Below are positions 12,017 to 25,559 of a DNA stretch of 64,000 bases, piece after piece; the first letter of the stretch is position 1; every line of letters begins with the position of its first letter. The notes under the pieces were generated by a model. The model made no database searches. It saw only the letters and a program-made list of their open reading frames with translations, and was not told the origin of the DNA. The position numbers were made by a program, and so were the translations under genes. This DNA comes from the human T2T-CHM13v2.0 reference genome, Homo sapiens, in assembly GCF_009914755.1 (NCBI RefSeq), contig NC_060931.1; one strand, given 5' to 3'.

Positions 12017-14306
12017 TGGACTTCTGATCTCTAGTGTTTGTTTCCTTGCTTTCTTCCTTTGTCCATGAACACTGATTCAGCACTGATATGCGCTGGCCAC
12101 TGCCAAACTTGATAGAACATGATAGAACTTGATGGAGATGCAGGTCTGACTCGACCATAATCCATAGTCTTCTTATCAGAGCTGTGGTTGATCTGTAAGA
12201 CTCCGTCGCCGGAGCAGTTTCATGGCTAAAGCCCCTAGCTGGAACTCTTCTAAACAATATAAATTAGTGGGGTTTTTTTTTTAGCTAAACTTTAATCTAT
12301 GTGATGGCTTGTAATGTGCCTGTAAGTGAGGGAAGGAAGTTTGAATTTTACAAGTATGTGACCAGAGAGACAATCATTTACAAAAGGCAACCAGGAGGAA
12401 CTCCCTTCATCCACAAGCTTGTTAACACCAGCCCTTGGCCCCCAGTGGCCCCTCCTCTTGTGCAGATCTGTACAGATGTGGTTTTGTCTACAGGCAGAGC
12501 TCCCTCATCCACAAGGATAGGGCCCCACCCCACATACCAGTGGCCACTTCCCACTTGTGAGTGAGGTCTAGTGCAGAAGCTTCTCAGGAACGAAGAAGCC
12601 TTGAAAGAAAGGGAGCCAGAGCAGAGACCCCGACAGGATTCCCACTCCCGCTGCCAGCAAGTCCCTGACACCTCCATTCTTTGGTAAGCATATCCCCGTA
12701 AGTCCTCACCTCCTCCCTAAACTTTCTCTCTGCCTCTTTCCCTTAACTAAAATCCAAACCTGCCCTGAAGACCCCACTTCTCTAGCCCTGCCCAGAGGAC
12801 GCAGCTCCTTCTCCCACAGCTTTGTAAGGCACCGGTGACAGTATACTTCTTGGTCTCTAGTGCTGCTTCCAGAGCATATCCTGGCACCCTGGCACCTCAA
12901 AAACAGACAAGGGGGGAAAAGATTCTTTGAGATTCGTGTCACCAGGCTACCTCTCTCACAGCCTCTCCTCACCACTGTCACTTACAACCGCCCACCCTTG
13001 CTCACTTTCTAAACACTTTGACAGCTGGTCCACAGTCTGCCTCTACTCTCAAGCCCTGCCACCTTTTCAGACACCTCTTTTGTCCACATCAGTGACCATC
13101 CACATGAATGAAACCTCTCAGTTCTTTGATTTTCTCAATTTCAATGCCTTCTTCTCCACGCAAGCCACATCCTGCAGACCCCAGACTCTGCGGTTACTTA
13201 CCACCTCTGAAAAACCAAAACTGGATATCCATTCTCTGTCCTTCAACCTGATCAAGACCTTGATCCCTCAGACTTGACTTTCTTCCCTTGTCATCACTCG
13301 ATTTCTGACCAGTGTGCCCTCACTTCAACCCGTTCTTTGCCAACATCCTCAACTCCTTTGCCATGTGCCTTGTTGAAGTCCATCAGGATGCCAACCCCAG
13401 GTTAATCCAACTCTCTGTCCTCTTTGAGTCTACACCTGGACTGTTAAGGAATATCAGAGGGAAAAAAAAATTCACGTAACCACAGAAATAGGTACCATTC
13501 CCAAGGATACAAATTTTCTTTGTTTCTCTGCTTGGTCCCCTACTGTCCCACCCAGTGGCTATTTCAGGTCTTTTTTCTTCTCCTAAATGTCCTATCTCAA
13601 CAACTCCCCAACCAGTCAGTGCACAACCTTGTTTCCTACTTCACAGGAGAAATAAGCACCATCAGATAAAGTAGCCCATCACCTTATGGCTGCTACACAT
13701 TTACATATTTATCTTCCTCTATCTCATCATTTTTCCCATCTCTCCTGTCACAGTGGAAGAGGGGTCCCTCCTTCTGTGTCAGCCAAATTCCTCTGCTTGC
13801 ACACTGGGACATCCCCTCTGCTTTCTGCAGAATACTTACTGTATCTATTTGCCCAGTGCCTCTCTTCACCCTCTCCTGCATTTTGTATTTTTCCCAACAT
13901 CACTGAAATTTGCGCATCTACTAACTGTAAAATAAAAACCTTTTCTCAACCTGCATCTACCCTCTTTCTTCATCATGAAGCTCCTTGACATAGTTACTTT
14001 CTCCTTCCGCCTCTACCTTCTCATTGCAAACCATCTTCTGAACTTATCAGACTTTCTTCAATGTCACCAGTGACATCTGTGGCATTAAATCGAAAGGATA
14101 CTGTTCAGTCCCTATACTTTTCTACTTTTCAGCAGAATTTGACATTGATAACCACTCCTTCCTACTTGAAGTACTCCTTTCTTTTGGCTTCCATGACACC
14201 ACACTCTCCTTGTTTTCCTCCTTACTACTTATTTTGCTTTGAAGGCCTTGCTTCCTCTGTCTGCCACTTAAATATTCATGTTCTTTGTGACTTTATTACT
14301 GAAAAT

Positions 14307-14825
14307 TGTTCCAGTTATCTATTATCATACAGCAAACTACCCCAAAACTTAATTACCTAAAACAGCAACCGTTCTATCACGCTTATAATATCATGGACCA
14401 GGAATTCAGGCAGGGCTCCGCAGGGCAATTCTTCAGCTCCACATGGCATCATGCATGGTATTCAGCTAATGACTGGGCTGGGCTGGAGGTTCTAAGATGG
14501 CTTCACTCACATGCCTAGCACCTTGGTAGTGGTAACCAGAAAATTGGGATTCCGTTCCTTTCCATGCAGCCTCAGGACTTCTCCACATGGTCTCTTCAGC
14601 AAAGTTGTCAATCTTCTCACAATGCAGTTTAGCAATTGAAGAACAAGTGCTCCAAGAGAAAGGAAAAGAAGCTAGCAGTCTCTTAGAGGCTGAACCTGCA
14701 ATCTGACACATCATTACTTCCGCCTTATTCCATTGATCAACTATTCATAAGCTCATCCGGATTCAAGGGTAGTAAATATAGACCCCAACTCTGAGTGGGA
14801 GGAAGGGACCAAGAATTTATCCTCT
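14307..14825 (-). mobile_element. MaLR LTR, MLT1G/H-like, inserted in L2
   Basis: Starts TGTTCCAGTTATCTATT; contains CAGGAATTCAGGCAGGGCTC, AAGATGGCTTCACTCACATG, GATTCAAGGG. Confidence 0.8.
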
Positions 14826-15369
14826 GCAACAACCTTCTTCTCTTCAACAACCTTCTTCTCTTCAACAAAAAGACACTTTCGTCATGGTCACCATCTTTCT
14901 CCTGGCTTACTGCAATGCCTTCCTAACTGGTCTCCTGCTCCCATGTGTGTGCATTCCATTATCCACAGTGAAGCCAGAACAACCTTTCTGTAATGCATAT
15001 CACATCATAGCACATCACTCTTCTGACTGAACCACTTTAACAGCTTCCCATTGCCTTTAGGGGGAAGCCAAAACTCCTTAGCATAGCCAACTAGGTCCTT
15101 TGTGATTTGTCCCTTGCTGATACCTCCACCTTCACCTCTCACCACATCTTTCTTATACGCTACACTCTACAATATTGATGTCCACAAGCATGCCATGCTT
15201 TCACTTATCTCCAAGCCTTTGTACATTCCGTTCCCTTTGCAGTAAGCTTCTATGCAGCAACCCCCATTTCCCACTTCCTGTGGATGAACACAAGTGCGCA
15301 CGCGCGCACACACACACATGCACACATACATTGCCTTCTTTTATCCCTCCTTAAGATCTTGGCTTAAAG

Positions 15370-15559
15370 AAATGGTTCTCAAATCACTTGTGCAATCCCA
15401 GAACAGGCATCAGCATCAACTGGGAACTTAACTCGAAATGCAAATCCTCAGGCCCAACTTCAGACTAGGGAATCAGAAATGCTAGATGTGGGAACCAGAA
15501 ATCAATATTTTAACAACCCCACAAGGTGCTTCTGGTGCACATTGAAGTCAGAATCACTG
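15370..15559. mobile_element. MER5A hAT MITE
   Basis: TGGTTCTCAAA ... AGAATCACTG ends; 8-bp hAT-type TSD GCTTAAAG (15362-15369) / GCTTAAAC (15560-15567). Confidence 0.85.
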
Positions 15560-16649
15560 GCTTAAACAGCATTTCCTCCAGGAAGCTTTCTTTAACTTAA
15601 CTCTTTACCCAACAAGGAATAGGGACTGCTCCTGTGTGTTTCCACAGTTCCCCATCCTTATCCTGACCATAACCCTTCTCACAGTATAGTACAAATGCCT
15701 ACATACTTATTTAACCCCAGTGGGCTCTCTCTTAGTTCCCACAGGCAGGGACTGTATCGTGTTGACTGCTGAATCCCCAGCATCTACATAATGCCTGTCA
15801 TGTTAGTAGTTCAATAAGAAATTTTGAAGCCAAGATTCAAATCCACGTGTACATCACAATCTTCTAGAGAGGTAGACTGCAAACGCCAAAAACAAGAAAT
15901 GTAATGCACCGACGATATTTGTAATCAGCAGTTGGATCAGGCTTCAAATAAATGCTTTCATGCTTGCATAATAGAAAGGAGATTCTGAGGAGGTACAGGA
16001 TACCTAACTACAAAAGACTGTAATAAAACCCCAAAGATATACACTGTTGAATCTACCTAAATCCCTGAAAATAAACTACCTGACTCTAGCCCTGAAGTCA
16101 GATAAACCAAGCTCATCATCTTCCCATTTCTGCCCAACCAGTTCCTCCATTGCTTGTATTTTAGTATGCTATGTTTACTGGAGTTTCTAAAATGCCACTA
16201 AACCTTTGGAAATTTTGTAGAAAAGAAGAATCTGGGTCATGCAACTGTGAAATCTAAATAAGGTGTAATTAACATGTCCATCAACTTTCACAGAAGTGAC
16301 GCTAGTTTGCAAACTATTCATTAATTCTGCACAATAACAGCAACTGGATACAATGCAGACACCAAGCTGAGGATGAGAGGCTCAATGTAGTGCCAACCCA
16401 GAGTGCTGCTGGTGATGTGTAAGAATGAACTGCTTCTATTTTCTGCATAGAGAGCTATGACTATTTAAGAATTTGGGGCTGGAATTGCCAAAGAGTGGTA
16501 GTATAATCACTGACTCTCAATCTTTAAATGTAACCTTGTTGATTTACAAAATACTCTCCAAATTATGAAAAACATTTCATAAATTACTTGGGAACTTGGG
16601 GAAATGAGCTCTTCTCAACAGAAACAAAACATCAAAACAGCTACATCTG

Positions 16650-16835
16650 AAAACCAGGAAAGAACTGAATTCAAGTCCCAGATCCCAACCAGCAGTGTGG
16701 CCTACTTAACATTTCTGGACCTCGCCTGCAAAATGTGGTAATAATACCTCTTCAGAATGTTGTTTTGAGGATTAAATAAAATAATGCACATACTCTGCTC
16801 AGCACACAGCTAATATGCCAAATAGTTATTATTTC
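16650..16835 (+). mobile_element. MIR SINE
   Basis: CTGCAAAATGTGGTAATAATACCTC..GTTGTTTTGAGGATTAAATAAAATAATG. Confidence 0.7.
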
Positions 16836-16879
16836 TATTCTTTCCAGACAGAATTAGAAAATGATGTCAAAAACCAAGT

Positions 16880-17470
16880 AGACTATGAAAAACAGCACAG
16901 CAATTCCTCAAAAAATTAAAAACAGAAATACCATGTAATCCAGCAATCCCACTTGTGGATACATATCCAAAAGAATTCAAAGCTAGATCTCAAAGAGATA
17001 TTTGTACATCCATGTTCACTGCAGCATTATATTCACAATAGCCAGGAGGTAGAAGCAACCTAAATGTCCATTGACAGATGAATGAATAAACAAAATGTCA
17101 TATGACTTTCATGTCATAGGCTGCCACATGGAAGAATCTTGAGAATATTGTGCTATGTGAAATAAGCCAGTCACAAAAAGACAAGCCCCATAAGATCCCA
17201 CTTATGTGAGGGATCTAAAGTTGTCAAACTCATGGAAGTAGAAAGTAGAATGATGATTGTCAAGGGCAGGGAAGGGGAAGTGGGGAGCCATTGCTTAACA
17301 GGTCTAGAGTTTCAGTTTTACAAGATGAAAAAGTTCTGGAAATCCATTGCACAGCAATGTGAATATAATTAATGCTGTGGAAGTATATACTTAAAAATGA
17401 TTAAGATGGTAAATTTTAGGCTATGTGATTTTTATCATCATTCAAAAATATTTCTTAATTTTTTTAAAAA
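16880..17470 (+). mobile_element. L1MB-like LINE-1 3' end
   Basis: ATCCAGCAATCCCACTT, AATGTCCATTGACAGATGAATG, CAAGATGAAAAAGTTCTGGA, TTAAAAATGATTAAGATGGTAAATTTT. Confidence 0.9.
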
Positions 17471-17539
17471 AGTGGACCTGCTTCCCTCCCTTTCTTTCTT
17501 CTAATAGTGTGTGTTCCTGTCTCCCTTGCCACTCTGTCT

Positions 17540-18440
17540 TAGTCCCCTTCATTCCCTCCCCCTCTTCTCTCACCTACCCTTTGGTTGTTGAGATTCCTCA
17601 GGGCTCCATCCTTGGCCATCCCCTCTTCACACTCCCAAGGACTTCAGCCACTTCTCCAGCTTTGCCAGCCATCTCCATAGGTGCAGTTGACTGTCGTTCA
17701 CTGCTCTACTTCCGGTCTCCAGAATAGAGCCTAGAGCTTAGTAGGCACTCAATAAACCTCTGCTAAGTAAGTGAATATCTAGAACTCTAGCCCCAACCCA
17801 ACTCGAAGCTTCAAGAGCCATATTTCCAACTACTTTCTGAACACCTCCAGCTGACTGTCCCATAGGTCCCTCAAATTCAACATGTCCAAAATTTAATTTA
17901 CTTAAGTTCTCCAATGGGAATAAAAAGGCTTCTCCTCTTGATCTTGGTTAATATTGCCCTAAGTATTCTCCCAACCTGCTTTCACTGGCTGTCCAAACCC
18001 TGTGGATCTTAACCTAGAAATGTCTTGAGGCTCTGGCCACTTCCCTCCCTCCCAAGTCCTCATGATTTCTCAACTGCTTTCTCCTCACCTCTGTTTGCTC
18101 GTCCAAGAAGTTCATTCTCCACACTAGTGTCAGATTTTTCTTTCTGAAGGGAAAATTTCATTATGCAGCTTTACTGCTCAAACCTTGACCACACTGGTAC
18201 CATCATAGGCCCCTATCTCCTACAGGGTTAATTCCACAAGCATTGATAGGGCCTACAAATCTCCTCTATTCTGGCCCCCATTGGTTCCACCAGTCCTTCT
18301 TCCCTGAACCCCCAAATTTGCCAAATTGCAAACACACTTGCCCTCTGCACAATGCCCTTCTGTACCTCCATGTACACTGTGTCCATGTCAGACCCTCTGT
18401 GTGGAAAGACCGTCCACTATTCCCAACCTTCCCTTCCTAG
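17540..18440 (+). mobile_element. L2 fragments
   Basis: CCTCAGGGCTCCATCCTTGG (VPQGSIL-like) and CCTCAAATTCAACATGTCCAAAA L2 signatures. Confidence 0.65.
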
Positions 18441-18699
18441 AAGCAACTGGTGCCTCATGAACAAGGAATAAACACTTACCAAGGAGCCACACAGCTATGA
18501 TGCAAACCATTTCATCTTTAAAAAATTCCCTCATCAGCACAGTGGTCCAACCAGCTTAGCCACTGGTTAAAGACTGAAATGTCTATATAAAATTCAGCGA
18601 CCCGCTTGGAAAGATGAAAAAGCAGAGAGTGGAGTCTGTGGCAATATTTAGAATTATAATCTTTAATTTTATCAAACTAGCATAATGGTCAGGAGCTAC

Positions 18700-18845
18700 T
18701 TGCTCAGCTTCCTCATCTGTCAAAGGAGAATAAGAATACCACCTACCTCATAGCACTGTCAAACTTTGGATGAGGTGATATATAAAGTGATTAACCCTAT
18801 ATCTATTATAATGTAATGTTTAATAAATTGAAGGTATTGTTACCA
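18700..18845 (+). mobile_element. MIR SINE
   Basis: CTCAGCTTCCTCATCTGTCAAAGGAGAATAAGAATACCACCTACCTCATAG. Confidence 0.75.
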
Positions 18846-19033
18846 TAGAATCAACTTTCTCAATCTGCTACTTACCCATGCATTCTCACTGCTCACTAAC
18901 AGATCTCATTTACATCTCTAGTGCCACCGGTATAATTCCCTGTAGGCAGAGGAGTAAGATGGATTGAAATAATAGGTGCCATTCTAAACACACTAAGATG
19001 AAAGTTCCTGGTCCTGTCAAATAAGACTACTAC

Positions 19034-19045
19034 TGTGTGTGTGTG

Positions 19046-19083
<38 letters not shown>
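19034..19083. repeat. (TG)n microsatellite
   Basis: Interrupted TG run followed by ACGCGC. Confidence 0.95.
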
Positions 19084-19086
<3 letters not shown>

Positions 19087-19714
19087 CGCTATATAAAACT
19101 TGAAAAAAAGATTTATATACCCAATAATGTTGTTACATATGGCTAGTGCAATCTAATTCTGCTCATTTGTTCTAATTACACAAGTTTAATTACCAAAATC
19201 ACATGAATGCAATTTCATTACTAAAAAATTAACTTTTAAAATAACATAGTGATATACTTAATAAAAGCCCAGCATTGTTAAGAACCGACAATTCTAGAAA
19301 ATCCTTCTATTGTGCCCTCTGTATAAGTAGGCCTAGTTGCAATCTGAAATTATTATAGTACATCTTTGCTATTGCAAGCCACTTACTTTTATGTTTTGTT
19401 CTGTTTTCTTGTTTTTAGATATTTTCAGTACTGGGCATTGGGGTAAATATCCTTCCATTTCTAAAAGGGACTGTTCTCATAGTTGCATTGAGAACCTCTC
19501 AGAAAAATTCAGCATCATTACTGAAGCCCCATGTTATTCAGCTTATGCACTCTGTCCTTCAAGTATAGGAAAGTCTTGCAATTGCTTTCAGTATCATTTA
19601 GATGATTTGTGGAAATATAGAAGCTGTGAGGCCGAAAATTAATGTTAGCTCATTCCCAGTACAGTAATGTGGCCTCAAACAATAGAAAGCATGAAAACAA
19701 TAGGTTTGGGGTGG

Positions 19715-20358
19715 TTATTGTCTTTCTTCAGGCGCCTGTAACAGAACACCATACACTGAGTGGCTTATAAACAACAGAAACTTATTTCTCACAGTTCTGC
19801 AAGCTGGGAAGTCCAAGATTAAGGCACCAACAGATATGGTGTCTGAGGAAGGCCTGCTTCCATAGATGGCATTCTTCTCCTTGCATCCTCACATAGCATA
19901 AGGACCAGAGAGATAACGAAAATCTCTTTTTTGTGACAAGGTCTTGCTTTGTAACCCAAGCTGGAGTGCAGTGGCACAATCACAGTTCACTGCAGCCTTG
20001 AGCTCTTGGGCTCAAGCAATCTTCCCACCTCAGTCTCCTGAGTAGCTGGGAGTACAGGTGCACGCCACCATACCTGGCTATTTTTGTGTGTGTATGTGAT
20101 AGGGTCTTCCTGTGTTGCCAGGCTGGTATCAAACTCCTGGGTTCCTCCTGCCTTAGCCTCCCAGAGTGCTGGGATTACAGGTGAGAGCCAGTGCTTGGTG
20201 TCTCCTTTATAAGAACACTAATCCCATTCATGGGGGCTCCACCCTTATGACTTAATCACCTCCCAAGGCCCACCCCCTAATACCGTCATGTTGGGGGTTA
20301 GGTTTTCAACAAATGAATTAAAGGGGCTTGGAGAGACACAAACATTCAGTGTATAGCA
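19715..20358 (-). mobile_element. MaLR LTR (MLT1A/MST-like) split by an AluJ
   Basis: GGCTTATAAACAACAGAAACTTATTTCTCACAGTTCTG ... CTAATCCCATTCATGGGGGCTCCACCCTTATGAC ... AACATTCAGTGTATAGCA. Confidence 0.85.
19927..20198 (-). mobile_element. AluJ SINE
   Basis: J-type features (GGGCTCAAGCAATCTTCCCACCTCAG; AGGGTCTT), short T tail. Confidence 0.92.
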
Positions 20359-23059
20359 GTTATCTTTGTCGAGTTCTTTCTCGTTGAATTTTTAAACCCT
20401 GTGCATCACAACCTATCCCTAGTGGTTCTTTTATAAACTATGTGGTGCCGTAGGAAGAATAGAAACCATTTATTTCTGCTCACGCGTGGGGGAAAACATA
20501 ATTTCTTTATGAGGAGTACTCTCAGCTGATTTCCTGGTTCTGTTCTTATAATCTCTGACACATGATGTAGGTCAACTAATTTATAGTCTAATAAACAGAA
20601 CAGAATCACCTGCAGCCTAACTAGTAGGAAGCTCAGCACACGTGTATCCAGGGATCTGAAATGGCTCTTCAAGATGGTGTTTTCCAGAAGGCATCAGAGA
20701 TGCTCCCTCCTGAGTCCTGCCAGCGACAGCCTCTCAGACTGACTCCTCTGTTAACTTAGCACAGTCTTCACACACCATTTCACACTTTATCTATTCAATC
20801 TATTGTAGAGCTTCTTCCAAAAAGACTATAAGAAACTTTTCTGTTACTTTTGCCCTCACACTGTTGGAAAAGTATGTAGTGGCCTATTTCATGCTTAAAT
20901 TATACATGTGAGAAGATAGACTGAGTCTGGAATTCCAGGTGTAATGCTTTCTCACTGACTAAAGCCAGTTGGTACCATGACTTTCTTGTTTTTTTAATGA
21001 GAACAAAGCTGTCTTCTCCCTGACTTCCTCATGTGAAAGCTGTGAGAATTGCTGGAGTCTAAAAAATGCTACATCAACAATTGGAGCATGTAACCGTTTG
21101 CGAGCAAGGATATATTTTCCTGAGCGTTAAGGAGAGTTATCTAAATCAAACTGGTCACTTCTTCAGTCTTTCTTTTCTCCTTCACTCGTTCCCTCTCTCA
21201 CTCCTCAACAAGACTGCATTTAAACAAGAGTTGTGGTCTAAAGTCAGTAGGCAAGGCAAAATATATAGCAGAAGTTACCCTTGAAAATCTCTTTAAGAAG
21301 GCACCACCATTTCCCTAAGTCCAACACAGCAAGCCTATCTTTCCACTGATGATGGAAGCAATTGCTGCTTCTTGGTAGAGCATCATTCTTGTATTTGTGG
21401 ACTATGCTTTTTTAAAAAATGTGTTTCTTTAAACTCCAAAACACACAATACAGCAAGATGCTCATGCTATGGAAAACACAGGGGAACTGAGGATTGAGAG
21501 AAGTGTGGAATTCACAGCTCCTCACATGCTTACCAATAGCTCATCTTCCATAAATGGGAAGGAAGACCAATAGCCAGCCTGAACTGTTTAAATGTTCTCT
21601 TTCTCTCCCTCTTTCGCACACAGACACATACACTCTAACTATAGCTTGATAAGTACATGGTGTTCTTGGTGAGTATAAGAAGAGAACCTAACTCAGTCTT
21701 GGGGACAGAGTTCAGGAAATAAGTGAGTTAGAACGACTCTTAACTCCAAGAGACTCTTGGGGTTCAGAGAAATGTTAAGGGGTCATTTTTAACTGGATTG
21801 GATTTCTGGGCTTTTCCATGTTCCAATCAGTCTTCAGCTATCTTCATGGAAAGCCACTATGCAGAAAACAAAATTAAGATTAACAGCATAGACTCCAGCT
21901 TTCTGTCCCTTTACCCAGCCTACTAGGAGTAAGAAATTTTGGCTCCTATTTTCGAGTGTCAGTGACTCCCACACCCCCTCCCCCCAATTTTACACTACAT
22001 TTGTATGTATCTTAATGTGGATTTGCACAGCTTAAAGAGGTAGAAAAGCAGAGAAAAATTACATAATGTAGCCATCCATTCATAAACTATGTTTTTCCCT
22101 CCATTGTTAAGTCTCCAGCACTGATCATTAATATTATCAGCCCTGAGTTCAGGAAGCTGTGGTTGACTTAGATGCCCTTCAAGAGAATTCCTCCCACACA
22201 CATCTTAATGAAGAGTGATCCCTTTAACAAGACTCTTGTCAATATTGAGACTGATTATGAGCCCTAATTTTTTCTAGCGGTTTTTTCCATCTACTATACA
22301 ATGAGGGCACTAAATTAACATTATGTATTGTAGAATATGCCAGCCAAGCAAATCTGTCTCTGGGTTTCCGAATTTCCTGATTTATCCTGCTAGGTTTCTG
22401 TATTCAAAACTGTCTTGCATGATAAGAAAAAAGCCAATGAAGTCACCTTGCTGAATAGTGTAAACCAGATGGACTGTGTTCATTCACCAGGGCTCTGCAC
22501 TCTAGCCTAGCTACCTGGTTGCTTCCAAATGCAATTCCAAGCGTTGAAATTGATATTAAAGCTTTAAGGGATGGGGGTCCTCATAGCCTGACCTTCTGTT
22601 TACCACCCAAGGCAATTTTCCCCAAAAATTCCAAAATGTCCTTATACCTGCTAAAATCAAGAGGTTTCTAGAGTTGCCTTTTTCACTCCCCAGGGAGGAT
22701 TCATGCACCCTGCTGCTCTCCCATAGACAGAGCCTGCTTGTCTACAATGTGCAGTTCACCTAGGTCCTATCTCCTGTCTGAAAACCTTTGCCTGGCCATA
22801 CGTATCTCTCCTTTCTGGAATTTGCTTGCACTTTTTTTTGGTACCATCCAGTTTGGCAGTGTCTTGTTTATTCTTTATTTTAGGACCACTTTCCCCAACC
22901 AGAGTATAAACCACCTAGGTACAACATTGTATCCTGTTTTCCTTTTGAAACTCATGGTTCCTAAAGCAGACCATTAGTCATCTTAATTGCTATCTGATTT
23001 ATGTCAGGATGCCAAGCCCATCGTCTAGAATTCACCCTCCTGAAATATGTTAAGCAGGA

Positions 23060-23300
23060 AAGATGGACATTCTAGTGCAGTGAAATTCATATCCAACCAG
23101 TTGTTAGAAGACCAGAATCCTCGTCATTTTTTACCTTGGGCAAGTCACATAACATTTTCAAGCCCCATTTTCCTTGCATACAAATGAATACCTTATATAC
23201 CTGCTTCCCAGGTTCAAGTAAGGACATCAAATAAGACAGGACAAGCAAAAGTCATCTGTGTCTATGAAATACTATTCAAATGTACGGTTGTATTATTAAG
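23060..23300 (+). mobile_element. MIR SINE
   Basis: ACCTTGGGCAAGTCACATAAC...CCCCATTTTCCTTG. Confidence 0.6.
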
Positions 23301-25264
23301 TCATTTGGTCTTTCTCCACATGGTTGACCTAAATGAAAAGCACAGATAGAGCATCTTGAACTTTCTGGGAGATCTTCCACAAACTTTAGTCTTTAACATT
23401 GTTTTTCTATGGTTAATATTCTAGTATTATTTCTATAACCTGCCCTCTTTTCCTTTGAGCTTCTTGTTGGTATAATTGGAACTGTTTTTCTGAGCTGATT
23501 CCTCTCCAGTAACCAAGTTATCACCATTGTGTGTTCTGGACTGTGGGGAGGAGGGGTTGTCACTGGCTCAGACTTCCTTGGCTTCAGGAGTACTTTCTGA
23601 TTGCTCATAAAACAAACACAAAAGGACAAAGGGAAATTCAAAAGGCTGAGAACAAAGCCTGTGGGCAACATTTCTATTGACAGGGTTAATTCTGGCATAA
23701 TTTAAAAGAGTTTAATTAATCATGGAGTTAAGCATAGAGAAAGGATTCCTGGCAGCCTTACATTCTTGGGCTGAGATTATTGGTCCCCTACTTAGATGCC
23801 CATTCTCCTTTTGCATCACAGACTTCTTGATATTTTTAGCCTCTAACCACATCACATGATCACTGTAGTTCAGGGGTCTTCCCACCCATCTGTTTTTCTG
23901 GATCTTTGGAAGCAATGGATCTAGAAAAATAGTGCTTTTCTGTATCTAGAAAAACAATGTTAACGACTAAAATTTGTGGAAGATCTCCCAGAACCAGCTG
24001 GAACTGCCGGTTGCCTGGCCATACTTGGGAATCTCAACTTCTTTGAGCTATTTCCATTTCCACAGATCAAAGAACAGGAGAGATTCGGATTTTCAGGGAA
24101 ACTAAGGGATACATTTCCTGATTGAAAATATTGTTCCCCCAGGGGTGCAGGGTCTTTGTATTCTTAGATTCCAAGATGACTATGTCTTGGTTCACCTGGC
24201 CTGTCAAACTAGGACAACTGCCGCTGACAGTCAGCATTTAAGAGGTCTTTACTTGTGGCTGCAGGATGATTTCAGGCTTTTTGTTCTTGGGATAGCATGC
24301 TCTCAGGGATCTGAGAGTTTGCCTGAAGGAGCTTCCCTACTCCCAGTCTCTCCATAAGGTTATGGAGAGATATTGGATCTTTAAGAAGTTCAAAACAGCA
24401 AGGTTTCAATACTGGTGATGAAAGAAAAGCATCACATTCTCATTCGAAATCAAAGGTACAGAGATTTCCTAGCAGTGTCATCCCTGCTTTCTTTCCCACT
24501 TTCTCTCCTTTCCCTCACCCCACAAAGGCAAAGGCTTGCTCCCTACAAGCATCCAATGGATAGAGACACTCAGGAAGGCGTCTTGGGAGGGAAAATGAAT
24601 AGAAGTGTGTGCCTGTAGCCTCCTCGTTAGCTAGAATGTTGACAGCCAATAAAAATAAAAACAAAAATTCCAAGCAAACTCCTTTCTGGCCAGCTTCTGG
24701 CCTGGAAGCCATAGCAAGTGTCTCACCCAATTTAATCCAAAAACTGCTAGAATTCTCCGTGAGTCCAGACTCTATTACAGATGAATTAATTATCTCCGTC
24801 ATGGCTACTTATTTTAGTTCACCTTGACATGGTACCATCCATGACTAAATAGCTTTTTCACTATTGGCTCTTACAGTTCCTCGAGACTGCTGCCTCTGGG
24901 TAAGAGAGTACGAGGCTGTATATAATGTTTCCTGGAGAGCTCCCACAAGCACTTTGTTCCTGTACCTTGTTTTTGCTACTATAACTTTACCCCCTTCACT
25001 TACCAGACAGGGAGGATATATTCTGGTTTTCTCATATTCGGTAACTTATAGAGCAGAAAAATGAGATGATCCACAAATATGCTGAGTTTGGATAGCTGGT
25101 AAACTCAATTCTGCATCTACTTATCTTTCTTTCAGTACATAAAAAAACTGCTTTGGGAAGTATCTGACTGTGCAAAGAAGGATGTGTGACCAAAAGATGG
25201 AAATCTGATGTTTCCTGTGAGCTGACCATCAGTCTGCATCGGATCCTGCTATTTGCTAGCATTT

Positions 25265-25559
25265 TTTTTGTTTTTTGAGATGGAGTCTAGCTCTTGTCGC
25301 CCAGGCTGGAGTGCAATGGCATGATCTTGGCTCACTGCAACCTCTACCTCCCAGTTTCAAGTGATTCTCCTGCCTGAGCCTCTTGAGTAGCTGGGATTAC
25401 AGGCACCTGCCACCACACCCAGCTAATTTTTGTATTTTTGGTAGAGACGGGGTTCCACCTTGTTGGCTAGGCTGTTCTCAAACTCCTGACCTCAGGTGAT
25501 CTGCCCACCTCGGCCTCCCAAAGTGATGGGATTACAGGCGTGAGCCACCGCGCCTGGCC
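25265..25559 (-). mobile_element. AluS SINE
   Basis: Full dimer; TSD TGCTAGCATTT at 25254-25264 and 25561-25571. Confidence 0.97.

Larger units (their letters stand above)
13000..15830 (+). mobile_element. Long degraded L2 (ORF2 remnant plus 3' end), interrupted by MLT1 and MER5A
   Basis: 14129-14170 translates as SAEFDIDNHSFLLE, matching the RT motif SAAFDTVDHSLLLE; L2 terminus at ~15730-15830; pyrimidine-rich body. 5' boundary approximate. Confidence 0.8.

Noticed and set aside
9488-14868. Small tandem duplications (ATGTGGCCTTGG.. x2 at ~9488-9520; CAACAACCTTCTTCTCTT x2 at ~14828-14866)
   Set aside because: Ordinary slippage duplications with two copies and no spacers; not CRISPR-like
17264-17285. 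G-quadruplex motif GGGCAGGGAAGGGGAAGTGGGG
   Set aside because: Part of the ordinary G-rich tract of the L1MB 3' UTR
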